NCBI GenBank assembly: GCA_023135835.1
Contig: JAGLSI010000002.1
Coordinates: 1-45,075 of the forward strand
Reading direction: 5' to 3'
Origin: Minisyncoccota bacterium
Lineage (GTDB): Bacteria; Patescibacteriota; Minisyncoccia; Phycocordibacterales; UBA12079
DNA: 45,075 nucleotides
This document shows, one piece after another, positions 34,651 through 43,552 of the stretch; the first letter of the stretch is position 1, and every line of letters begins with the position of its first letter. The position numbers and the translations under genes were made by a program. Under the pieces are notes generated by a model. It made no database searches. It was not told the origin of the DNA and was given only the letters and a program-made list of their open reading frames with translations.

Positions 34651-35748
34651 TTATTTATTATTTGTCAAAACTTTTTCTAAATTGTCTAAAGTGTTTTGAA
34701 TTGAAAATTTTTGAGACTTTTTAAAAGCATTTTGAATTATCTTTTCCCTAAATTCGTCATTCCTAAAAATTTTAATTATGGCGCTTAAAATTTGTTTTTT
34801 ATTATTTGGTTCTATTAAAATTCCATCCATATCGTTTTGAATTAACTCAGGGTTTCCTCCAATGTCTGTAGTAATAATAGGAGTTCCTAAATTAGCGACC
34901 TCAATTAATTGATGGGCAAATCCTTCATACTGCGTATTAAGAATATAAACGTCCGCTTTTTTCATTTCTTCTAATGTTTTTTCTAAGGATAAAGCTCCTA
35001 TCAAAACAACATTATCTTTCAGATCCAAATCTTCTATTAATTTTTCCAATTCTTCCTTTTGAGGACCCCCTCCCACTATTTTTAGCTTTATATTAGGAAT
35101 TTCTTTCAAAATTTCTGGCATAAGCTCAATCAAAACACCAAAACCCTTCCAAGGAACTAGCCTCCCCACTGATAACAACACTTTTTCATCACTTGGGGGT
35201 GCTACCCCCAAGTTCTTTGAAAGTTCAATTCCGTTGTAAATTGTTTCTATTTTTTCTGAACTTATCCCCCAATTTTCAATAACCCCTTTAAAATATTGAC
35301 TAGGCACGATTATTGTTTCTGCAGACAAAGCTACTTTAAGTTGAATCTTTTTAAGCAACTCAACAAAAAAACCATAAACATTTTTTTGTGCTGAAAAAAT
35401 ATCTAGATTATCTTCTACCCCGAATCTCTGAACACCTTGCTCCCAAGCATAATCCCCAGCGATACGAATTAAAAACCTTTTCTTTAAAATTTTATTCGCT
35501 AAGATAGTTGGAAAACCTACACTTACAGGATCTTGAGCATAAATTACATCTACTTTTCGTCCTTTTTTTAAAACTTTGAAAAAATAAACAGCATGCCTAA
35601 TTATTTTTGGCAAATTACGAACTTCACCAAAAGACAAAACTTCTACCTCAAAACCTCTTTCCGGCAATTTATCAAAAAGTAATTTTGAATAAGTTGCTGG
35701 TCCCCCAACATCAGGAGGATATATTCCTGTTGTGATTAATATTTTCAT
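34651..35748 (-). CDS. GT4 family glycosyltransferase
   Basis: GGPATYS...VGRLVPWKG...LNTQYEGFAHQLIEVANLGTPIITTDIGGNPELI. Confidence 0.8.
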   Translation of the reverse strand: MKILITTGIYPPDVGGPATYSKLLFDKLPERGFEVEVLSFGEVRNLPKIIRHAVYFFKVLKKGRKVDVIYAQDPVSVGFPTILANKILKKRFLIRIAGDYAWEQGVQRFGVEDNLDIFSAQKNVYGFFVELLKKIQLKVALSAETIIVPSQYFKGVIENWGISSEKIETIYNGIELSKNLGVAPPSDEKVLLSVGRLVPWKGFGVLIELMPEILKEIPNIKLKIVGGGPQKEELEKLIEDLDLKDNVVLIGALSLEKTLEEMKKADVYILNTQYEGFAHQLIEVANLGTPIITTDIGGNPELIQNDMDGILIEPNNKKQILSAIIKIFRNDEFREKIIQNAFKKSQKFSIQNTLDNLEKVLTNNK

Positions 35749-36914
35749 ATGATAGTTTTTTCAAAAAATCTTTTTTGCATTTCTTTTGCTAAAATATCCC
35801 AATTATATTTTTCTAAAACCATTATATTAGCAGTAGCAACAACCTTTTTTGTTTTCTCTGAATTACTCAAGATACTTTTAACGGCTTCTGCTATTTGTTC
35901 AGGATTTCTAGAATCCACAGCCCAGCCTGTTATCTCTTTATTAGGGTTCCTCTTTTCATCAAATAAAAAGTCAGCAATCCCTCCTTCTTGAGTAGCAATT
36001 ACAGGCAAACCTACTACCATCGCTTCTAAAAAGGAATTCCCTAACCCTTCTGATAACGAAGCTCTTACAAAAATATCTGAAATTTTTAAATATTGTGGAA
36101 TTTCTTTGTGATCAACAAATCCTAAAAAATTAACTCTATTTTTTAAACCTTTTTTTTGAACAATATCTTTTAATTCTTCTTCATCTTCACCCTTCCCTAC
36201 AAGCAATACCTTAATGTTTTCTGGTAAATAAATAAGAGCCTGAATTAAATCATCTATTGCGTTTTTATAAGTTAAACGCCCTGTGTGAACTAAAAACCTA
36301 TCTTCTGATTTCTTATTTAATTTTAGTTTTAAATTGGTTAAATGTTTTTCAGAATATTCTTGTGAAAAATTATTAATATCTACACCATTCGGAATTACTT
36401 CAATAGAACATTTTGCTCCCATTCTTTTTGCCCATTCAGCCAAATAACTACTAATACACTGAATTCTATCAGCTCGTATGAAAATATTTTTAAATTGATT
36501 CTTAACAAAATAAGTTTTCTTAGCAATATATTCAAAACTATCTCCTTCTTGTAAAGTTAATAAAAAAGTTATTTTTGGATTTAAAAACTTAAATTTTGAA
36601 GCAGCAAAACCTCCATAACTAGCCATTACAGCCCAGATGGCTGAATATTTATTTTGTTTTTGTAATTTCTGAGCATAAAAACCTCCCAAAAAAGCAAGGA
36701 GTAACTTATCAAACTTTGGAATTCCTACACCTAAACGATATACCAAAACATTTCCAATTTTCTCTTTTTTAGGTAATTTTCTATCTATCCTAGCTGTTAT
36801 CATATCAAAATCTAGACCCTTAACACGATCAGTAATTTCTTTTATAGCTATTTCAGCCCCACCCACAAAAGGGTAATAAGCTGTTGAAAATATTAAGATT
36901 CTTTTATTTACCAT
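35745..36914 (-). CDS. GT4 family glycosyltransferase
   Basis: YYPFVGGAE...TGRLTYKNA...VRASLSEGLGNSFLEAMVVGLPVIATQEGGIADFL. The ATG is at 36914 (the track start is TTG). Confidence 0.8.
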   Translation of the reverse strand: MVNKRILIFSTAYYPFVGGAEIAIKEITDRVKGLDFDMITARIDRKLPKKEKIGNVLVYRLGVGIPKFDKLLLAFLGGFYAQKLQKQNKYSAIWAVMASYGGFAASKFKFLNPKITFLLTLQEGDSFEYIAKKTYFVKNQFKNIFIRADRIQCISSYLAEWAKRMGAKCSIEVIPNGVDINNFSQEYSEKHLTNLKLKLNKKSEDRFLVHTGRLTYKNAIDDLIQALIYLPENIKVLLVGKGEDEEELKDIVQKKGLKNRVNFLGFVDHKEIPQYLKISDIFVRASLSEGLGNSFLEAMVVGLPVIATQEGGIADFLFDEKRNPNKEITGWAVDSRNPEQIAEAVKSILSNSEKTKKVVATANIMVLEKYNWDILAKEMQKRFFEKTII

Positions 36915-36984
36915 TTTCTTATTGTAACAAAAACCCCTTATTTTTAAAACTAAAATATGATTATTAATCAAACTACCAAATAAT

Positions 36985-38421
36985 TTAGTTTTCTGAATCT
37001 AATTTTGTTGCATAAGTTACCCCAGCAACAGCAACAAGAGTAATCCCTCCTAAAGCAAAACTCCACTTATTTATAGGAAATTTAAACTTTTTACTATCTT
37101 CATCCTCAGAATTACCCCTTTCGCCCAAAGAATCTTTTATCAAAGCAACTTGATTTTCTATATACTCCTCTGCGGGCTTTTCTACCGAATAAATAGTTGA
37201 GTCCTTTTTCCGTTCAGTCACAATCTTAGGACCTTCAGTATAAACGACAGGAACAATATTCTGCTTAAATAAATAATTAAAAGTTAACATTCCATTTGGG
37301 TAAAGTAACTGGATTACTGAATTTTCCTTTGGTAATAATTTTGTAACACTAAAAGGTAATTTTATATAAGCTTTTGGTAATAAAATAGTATTTTTAGGAA
37401 AAGTAAAAAAGTTATTATCAGCCCTTAACCTCCACCAAGAAAGATTTACTTCATACCCTGATGGGTTGTGTAATTCAATAAAATTATTATCTAAACTTAA
37501 ATTCACTGATGAAATAAACATCTCAGAAGGAATTACTTTTACTTTTAATTTATCACAAGTAGAATATTCTCCGGAAATAACTTCCATAATAACCAAATAC
37601 TCTCCTGGATAAGGATAATTATGTAAAATCGTTTGACCATTTCCTTTAGTTCCATCTCCAAAAGACCATTGGTAACTAGCATTTTCCAAAAATTCACCCT
37701 CTAAACCTAAAGCCTTCCCTTTAAAAACAACATCTGCTCCTGCAATAGGCAAATATTCCAATGAATCAATTTTTGCTTTTATATTTATTTCAATAAAATC
37801 AAAACTAGAAGCTTGAGGAGAAGGGTTTATTATCGGAACTTCTGTTATAGGATCAACACTATTATTATCAGAAGAATTACTTTTACCTAAAGTAGGAAAT
37901 GAAGCAATCCATGCATTATTTATTTTTTGCAAAGACTTACCATCCCCACCCGCTCCCCAATCAGACAAATAATTAACTGAATTAATATCTACTAACTCAG
38001 AATCTCTTAAAATTAATAATTCTCCTGTATTTTTTAAAGAAAAAACAGTATCCAGAACTAAACCAGAAAAATTTGGGTAATCTTCTTTAAATTTTTCATA
38101 ATTATCTAATAAAATAGCATAATCGCCTCCTGCCAAAATAGTATTACCACCTTCTATAATTGGTTTTATTTTGTGATTAATTTCAGCTTCATATAATTTT
38201 AACTCTCCAATATCAATATCTTCTGTCCCTGAATTATAAATCTCTATCCATTCCCTTCCTGCATCACTGCCTATTTCTAAATCATACATTATTTCAGTCA
38301 TTTCAATTTGAGCATAAAGCAAATAGGGAGCACAAACCAAACTACAAAAAACAACTATCTTTGATAGCTGTTTTTTATAAAAATTTAAAATTTTACTTAT
38401 TTTCTTTAGGGTGTTTAACAT
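36985..38421 (-). CDS. Surface protein with two lamin-tail-like domains, a PKD domain and a C-terminal TM anchor
   Basis: The signal-like segment is IVVFCSLVCAPYLLYAQ. The LTD-like segment is MTEIMYD...REWIEIYN. The PKD segment is YQWSFGDGTKGNGQTILHNYPYPGEYLV. A second LTD-like segment is NFIELHNPSGYEVNLSWWRL. The C-terminal TM segment is WSFALGGITLVAVAGV. Confidence 0.6.
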   Translation of the reverse strand: MLNTLKKISKILNFYKKQLSKIVVFCSLVCAPYLLYAQIEMTEIMYDLEIGSDAGREWIEIYNSGTEDIDIGELKLYEAEINHKIKPIIEGGNTILAGGDYAILLDNYEKFKEDYPNFSGLVLDTVFSLKNTGELLILRDSELVDINSVNYLSDWGAGGDGKSLQKINNAWIASFPTLGKSNSSDNNSVDPITEVPIINPSPQASSFDFIEINIKAKIDSLEYLPIAGADVVFKGKALGLEGEFLENASYQWSFGDGTKGNGQTILHNYPYPGEYLVIMEVISGEYSTCDKLKVKVIPSEMFISSVNLSLDNNFIELHNPSGYEVNLSWWRLRADNNFFTFPKNTILLPKAYIKLPFSVTKLLPKENSVIQLLYPNGMLTFNYLFKQNIVPVVYTEGPKIVTERKKDSTIYSVEKPAEEYIENQVALIKDSLGERGNSEDEDSKKFKFPINKWSFALGGITLVAVAGVTYATKLDSEN

Positions 38422-40072
38422 ACAAAATTTTTTCTAAATCATTTATAGTAACTTCTTTATTTTGATTTTGTTCTGTTAAAGAATTATTATTGTTGTTTAT
38501 CGGTTGTTTTTTATCTTCATTTTCTTTCCTTATATCTTTTACAGCTTCTGACAAGGCTTCTTTTAATGAATTACCTTTCTCAACAGGATTATTTGTTCTA
38601 CTAGTAATAGGTTTAAATTGTTTTTCTTTATTATTTTTACTTAAATCATTTAATTTAATTCTTGGATCTTTCCGAACTTCAGAAGAAGCTGTATTAGGAG
38701 TTACATTTTTCTTAAAAGATTCTGTTGGTTTTCTGAAAGACTCAGTTGTTTTCTTTATTTGTTCTTGTTGTTTTGGTTTTGTAGAGTTAAGCCAATCTTC
38801 AATTTTTATTTCAACATCTTCTTTCTTGCGAGTAAAATTCTTTCTAGAAGATTCTATTACCTCTGTTTCGTATGAAAACTCTGGTTTAGTAATCGGAGGC
38901 AAAGTCTTAGCCGAAAAGGGAGTAGAACCAATCCCGTCAATCATTAATCTTAAATAAATTTGAGCAAAACCTAAATTAACTAAATCTTCAGCAGTAAATT
39001 CTGGAGTGAATTCTTTTTCCAATTGCTCGGCATCAGTAGCACCAACTCTAAAAGCAATCATGGTTCCAACATTTCCAAATACAGCAGCTCTTACCACATC
39101 AGGCATCTGTTCAACATATTGATGGGCAATAGTTAAGTTTAATTTATATTTCCTTGCTTGAGATAGAATATCAGCAAAAGAATCATTGGCTAAATTTTGA
39201 AATTCATCAATATATAAATAAAAATTAGGCAACTTAGCTAATTCATCAACCGACACATCCGCACGACTCATTGCTGCTAAATAAATTTTAGTAGTTAACA
39301 TTGAACCTAATAAATCAGCATTGGCTTCCCCTACCTGACCAATAGATAAATTAACTAAAAGAATTTTTTTATTGTCTATTATATCTCTAAAATCAAAAGA
39401 TGATTTTTCTTGACCAACAATATTCCTTATTAACGGATTAGAAGTAAACTGCCCTACTTTATTTAAAATAGCAGCATAAGCATCTTTTCTATATCGTTCA
39501 TCCCAACCAGCAAATTCATCTGTCCAAAAAGACTTTACGGACGGATCAGTAATATTATCTACAACCTTTTTACGATATTTTGCGTCTGTAAAAATTTTAG
39601 TCATTCCTAACATTGTTGAACCTGGATATTCCAAAAGAGCTAACAAGGTGTTGTTAGTAATATGTTCCATCCTATCAGAAAAAGTTTCTTCTCCCCAAAT
39701 CTTCTTAAAAGCAGAAAGAAGTCCTTGAGCAACTAAATGCCTTTTGTCAGGTCCCACATCTTCCATAACATTAAAAGAAATAGGATTTTCTACATCAAAA
39801 GGTGCAAAATAAATTACATCTTCAATTCTCTCTTCAGGAATATAATCTAAAAACTTCTTAACCGATTGTCCATGTGGATCTATAAAACAAACCCCGTTCC
39901 CTTCCTTAATGTCTTGCACAGCCATATTTTCTAGCATGGTAGATTTTCCCATACCAGTTTTACCAATAACATATACATGGCGAGTCCTATCCGTTGCTTT
40001 TATACCAAAAGGAGTTCTTCTATTACGCCGATCTACCTCAGCAAAATATGTAATTGGATTAGAATCTTTCAT
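38393..40072 (-). CDS. Soluble VirD4/TraD-like (type IV coupling protein-like, FtsK/HerA superfamily) ATPase
   Basis: Walker A is IGKTGMGKSTML and Walker B is FYLYIDEFQNL, followed by NLTIAHQY. There are no N-terminal TM helices. The last ~150 aa form a low-complexity K/N/E-rich tail. Confidence 0.6.
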   Translation of the reverse strand: MKDSNPITYFAEVDRRNRRTPFGIKATDRTRHVYVIGKTGMGKSTMLENMAVQDIKEGNGVCFIDPHGQSVKKFLDYIPEERIEDVIYFAPFDVENPISFNVMEDVGPDKRHLVAQGLLSAFKKIWGEETFSDRMEHITNNTLLALLEYPGSTMLGMTKIFTDAKYRKKVVDNITDPSVKSFWTDEFAGWDERYRKDAYAAILNKVGQFTSNPLIRNIVGQEKSSFDFRDIIDNKKILLVNLSIGQVGEANADLLGSMLTTKIYLAAMSRADVSVDELAKLPNFYLYIDEFQNLANDSFADILSQARKYKLNLTIAHQYVEQMPDVVRAAVFGNVGTMIAFRVGATDAEQLEKEFTPEFTAEDLVNLGFAQIYLRLMIDGIGSTPFSAKTLPPITKPEFSYETEVIESSRKNFTRKKEDVEIKIEDWLNSTKPKQQEQIKKTTESFRKPTESFKKNVTPNTASSEVRKDPRIKLNDLSKNNKEKQFKPITSRTNNPVEKGNSLKEALSEAVKDIRKENEDKKQPINNNNNSLTEQNQNKEVTINDLEKILYVKHPKENK

Positions 40073-40121
40073 TAGAATAATTATAAGGTAAAAAGACTAA
40101 AGTTGAAAGCAAAAAATTATA

Positions 40122-40160
40122 TAAAAAAACAACCCCCTTACGAAAATTTTCGCAAGGGGG
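40122..40160 (-). terminator. Intrinsic terminator downstream of the aminotransferase gene
   Basis: A 14-bp GC-rich stem cccccttacgaaaa / ttttcgcaaggggg (one mismatch) is followed on the minus strand by a U-run. Confidence 0.7.
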
Positions 40161-40179
40161 AGGGTTACTCTGCCTAAAT

Positions 40180-41439
40180 TTAATACTCTACCTTCGCCAT
40201 TTCAAACGCATTATGAATGGCCTTGATAAAATCAACTTGCTCAATATCAGCTACGACAGCATAGCGAATATAGGGATGGAAGTGGACGCCAATTAAACCA
40301 GTTTTTTCAATCATTGAATAATTGAAATGTTTAGCATCTCGAATATCTTGACCAAAAGCACGACGCGGATTTTGCCAAAGAGTAAAAAATCCAGCCTTCG
40401 GATCAACTGCCAAACGTAAACCATGTCCAAAAAGAATATCCTTGAGAACTTCAATACGACGGGCATAGGTCTTGAAAATTATATTAAGACTGCCCATATT
40501 ATGTTCCACAGCATGCTTAACCCCAGTAGCCAAAGGAGCATTGAAACCACTATCAGTATTACCTTTGATAGTTTTAATATCAGCGATAAAATCTGGTGAA
40601 CCCGCCATAGCGCCAATACGCCAACCAGTCCCATTGCCAATTACTTTGGAAGCTGAGTAAGCTTCAGCCCAAGAAAGCCCCGGATATTTCAGAGCAGCTT
40701 CTGCCAAAGTCATATGTTCACCGCTATGGTCAAGCATAGCGTAGGCAGCATCATTGAAAACTCTGATGCCTTTTTCCACACAAACAGGCAAAAGCTCATC
40801 CCACAAAAACTCAGTGGAAATTTGGCCTGATGGATTGTTTGGGTAAGTGAGCATCAGAAGATTCGGACGATGACCAGCCACTTCTTCAGCCGATACTATG
40901 AAATCATTTTCAGTATTGGTAGTTAAGTGTTTATAATCATTCCCTAAATACTGCTCTCCCCAAGTCTGAGAAACGGGATAACCTGGGTTAGTCATTCCCA
41001 TTACCTTTAAGGTTGGTCGGGGGAGCTTGCCTTTTTCAAAAATCCGACCTGGACCACGAGCAAAACTACCGCAAGCCAAAGGGATCAAACCAATCATTGA
41101 TTTTATCCCTGGAATTGGAAAACATTGCATGTCTTTTTCACTAACCGCATCCCAATTAACAGTATCTCCAACATTAGCCTGAACAAAAAATTCAGCAAAT
41201 CCAGGCATACCAGGCTCACCATTATCTTGGTATTCATGCATTGATTCAAGATCACTTAAAATAGCTTTTGAAGCTCCATCTCTGGCGCTTTGAACAGGCG
41301 CTCCTGACGGCACTCCAACACCAAGATTAAAACATTTAATTCCCTTAGCCTCAGCACTAAGTCTAACTTTTTTTATTTCTTGAAATAAATTTTCACCATC
41401 ACCTTTGGGCAACCAACTTTCTAAAACTACATTTTCCAT
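40180..41439 (-). CDS. Class I/II PLP-dependent aminotransferase (DapL-like?)
   Basis: NPSGQ, FNDAAYAML and the PLP-lysine context YSASKVIGNGTGWRIG. The gene is visibly more GC-rich than its neighbours. Confidence 0.75.
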   Translation of the reverse strand: MENVVLESWLPKGDGENLFQEIKKVRLSAEAKGIKCFNLGVGVPSGAPVQSARDGASKAILSDLESMHEYQDNGEPGMPGFAEFFVQANVGDTVNWDAVSEKDMQCFPIPGIKSMIGLIPLACGSFARGPGRIFEKGKLPRPTLKVMGMTNPGYPVSQTWGEQYLGNDYKHLTTNTENDFIVSAEEVAGHRPNLLMLTYPNNPSGQISTEFLWDELLPVCVEKGIRVFNDAAYAMLDHSGEHMTLAEAALKYPGLSWAEAYSASKVIGNGTGWRIGAMAGSPDFIADIKTIKGNTDSGFNAPLATGVKHAVEHNMGSLNIIFKTYARRIEVLKDILFGHGLRLAVDPKAGFFTLWQNPRRAFGQDIRDAKHFNYSMIEKTGLIGVHFHPYIRYAVVADIEQVDFIKAIHNAFEMAKVEY

Positions 41440-41581
41440 TTGAAACTCCTTCTCATTTTAAAAGTTAAAATACTTTTTTTAAAAAACTTCTGCGATTAAA
41501 TATATAGAATAATGAACATTATGTCAACCCTCTGCAATAATATACACACTCAATGTCTATTAATTAAATACCAACCTTTTG

Positions 41582-41607
41582 TATTAGTCCAGTTAACTGG
41601 ACTAATA
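41582..41607. other. 26-bp perfect palindrome (tattagtccagttaactggactaata)
   Basis: Read directly from the sequence. It lies between the GNAT stop (41629) and the aminotransferase start (41439). Confidence 0.85.
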
Positions 41608-41628
41608 TCCTTTAAATCTTTAACTGAT

Positions 41629-42054
41629 TTAAAAAAGTTTTTCCATCATCACATGAGGTAAACCTACTTCTTCAAATTCTTCTCCATAAGATTTAAAACC
41701 ATATTTTCCATAAAAGTTCTCAGCTGTTTTTTGAGCAGAAAAATACACTCTATCAAAATCTTTTTGTTCAATTAGTTCTAATAATTTTAATAAAATCTTA
41801 GCTCCAACTCCTTCATTACGATTTGGTTTTAAAACAGCCATTCTTTGAATTTTTGCCCCAGCATCAGTCGGGATAAACCTACCAGCGCCAATAGAATCAT
41901 TATCGCTTATAGCAATAACATGAATCGCATCTGTCCAGTCATGTTCATCTCTTTCTATATTTATATCAATACCTTGTTCATCAACAAAAACTTCCTTTCT
42001 TACCTTTAAAGCATTATTAATATTCTCCTTCGTTTTAGCTTGTTTGATTATCAT
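41629..42054 (-). CDS. GNAT family N-acetyltransferase
   Basis: IQRMAVLKPNRNEGVGAKILLKL is the acetyl-CoA binding motif A (Q/RxxGxG/A). Confidence 0.75.
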   Translation of the reverse strand: MIIKQAKTKENINNALKVRKEVFVDEQGIDINIERDEHDWTDAIHVIAISDNDSIGAGRFIPTDAGAKIQRMAVLKPNRNEGVGAKILLKLLELIEQKDFDRVYFSAQKTAENFYGKYGFKSYGEEFEEVGLPHVMMEKLF

Positions 42055-42094
42055 AATAATATCTTTTTAATTTAATGACTTTTACTTATTCTGC

Positions 42095-43276
42095 TTATTT
42101 TTTAAGAAGAGCGTCTTTGGTATATCTATTAGAAGCAGCCCATAACAACCAAGAATCTAAACCTGAATCATAAGTTGCTTGAATCTGCTTCCTAACCATT
42201 GAAGCAGTATAATCTGCTCCTAAATCAAAATCTTGCAACCAAGGTCTTAATTTATCAGGACTTGAACTAGCATTTATAGCTTTTTCTACAGCCTTATCCA
42301 TTGAATATTTTATTACTTCATATGGGTACTCAGCAGGATTAGATAAACCAATGAAACCAGGAGGATAATGCGAAGGATAAACCATGGGACAAATATAATC
42401 AAAAAACGGTAAAGCATATTCTAAAACTTGCCCAATATTTAAATCATCAGAATTAGTAGTAGTCATTCCAAATAAATCAGCTGACAAAACCACATCAGTA
42501 TCACTCATTTTATTATTTAAATAAGCAAAAAATTCTTGTAAGACTTTAGCTTTTCCTGTATTAGGATCTAAAGTTACCCTATCTTCACTTAATGGATAAT
42601 AAATTTCATTCATATTTCCATCTGACGGAAAACGAATATAATCAAAATTAATTTCATCAAAACCAATATTATAAGACTCCTTGGCTAAAGCAATAACATA
42701 ATCCCAAACTTCTGTTGAACCAGCGTCTAACCAAGAAATTCCCTTATAATCTTTCCAAACTTCACCCCCTAGACTTTTCTTAACAGCTAAATCAGGTCTT
42801 TTTTCTACCAAATGCGGATCTTGAAATACTGAAATTCTTCCAATTACATAAATATCTTTACTATGCAAATACTCAATTAAATCCTTAATATCAGGAATTC
42901 TATTTTCTACAGCATCGTATTTAATTAAATCTTCATCTTGAACTTTAAAAGCAATTTTTCCTGAATAATCTTTAATATCTATTACTATTGCATTAATTTC
43001 TGTCTCTTCCATTAAACTAATTAATCCATCTCTAATACTTTTTGTTCCAGCCACCCAGCTTGTCATATAAATTCCTTTTAATTGTTCAGGAATTTTTATA
43101 TGAGTTGCTTGAAAAAACACTTCTTTTGTTTTATCTAAGTTTTCCCTTTCACTATTAAAATTTATATAAGAATTTAATAGTCCTGTATTAAAAAATAAAA
43201 ATAAAGCGATGCCAAAAACACCACCTAAAGTTACAAATCCTAAAATTTTAATTTTATTCTTCAATATTTTCTCCAT
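42095..43276 (-). CDS. Membrane-anchored putative glycoside hydrolase (DUF4015-like TIM barrel)
   Basis: There is an N-terminal TM helix, followed by GIYMTSWVAG...EINAIVIDIKDYSGKIAF...FDEINFDYIRFP. Confidence 0.55.
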   Translation of the reverse strand: MEKILKNKIKILGFVTLGGVFGIALFLFFNTGLLNSYINFNSERENLDKTKEVFFQATHIKIPEQLKGIYMTSWVAGTKSIRDGLISLMEETEINAIVIDIKDYSGKIAFKVQDEDLIKYDAVENRIPDIKDLIEYLHSKDIYVIGRISVFQDPHLVEKRPDLAVKKSLGGEVWKDYKGISWLDAGSTEVWDYVIALAKESYNIGFDEINFDYIRFPSDGNMNEIYYPLSEDRVTLDPNTGKAKVLQEFFAYLNNKMSDTDVVLSADLFGMTTTNSDDLNIGQVLEYALPFFDYICPMVYPSHYPPGFIGLSNPAEYPYEVIKYSMDKAVEKAINASSSPDKLRPWLQDFDLGADYTASMVRKQIQATYDSGLDSWLLWAASNRYTKDALLKK

Positions 43277-43460
43277 TTTCTATATAAACTTTATCAAAAC
43301 TATCTTTTTTTTCTGGCTGTATATCATTCTTTTTATATACAAAAGTTTGCCATATAATATATAGTCCTAGTAAAACTAAAATCCATGTTTTCCAAAAAAT
43401 AGGAATACCTACTAAAGGGATTATTACAACCAATACACCTGCTGTTAAAAACTTTTTCAT
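43254..43460 (-). CDS. Small two-TM membrane protein
   Basis: MKKFLTAGVLVVIIPLVGIPIFWKTWILVLLGLYIIW. The ATG is at 43460 (the track start is TTG). Its 3' end overlaps the DUF4015 gene by 23 nt. Confidence 0.4.
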   Translation of the reverse strand: MKKFLTAGVLVVIIPLVGIPIFWKTWILVLLGLYIIWQTFVYKKNDIQPEKKDSFDKVYIENGENIEE

Positions 43461-43494
43461 CCTGTCATTATAACACAAGAATATTTAAACATTA

Positions 43495-43521
43495 AATAGT
43501 AGTAATCCAATTACTACTATT
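43495..43521 (-). terminator. Hairpin downstream of rsmI
   Basis: Perfect 12-bp stem aatagtagtaat / attactactatt with loop cca. T-rich sequence follows on the minus strand. Confidence 0.5.
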
Positions 43522-43552
43522 CTTAACTGAACTGCGAATTAAATAAAAACTT

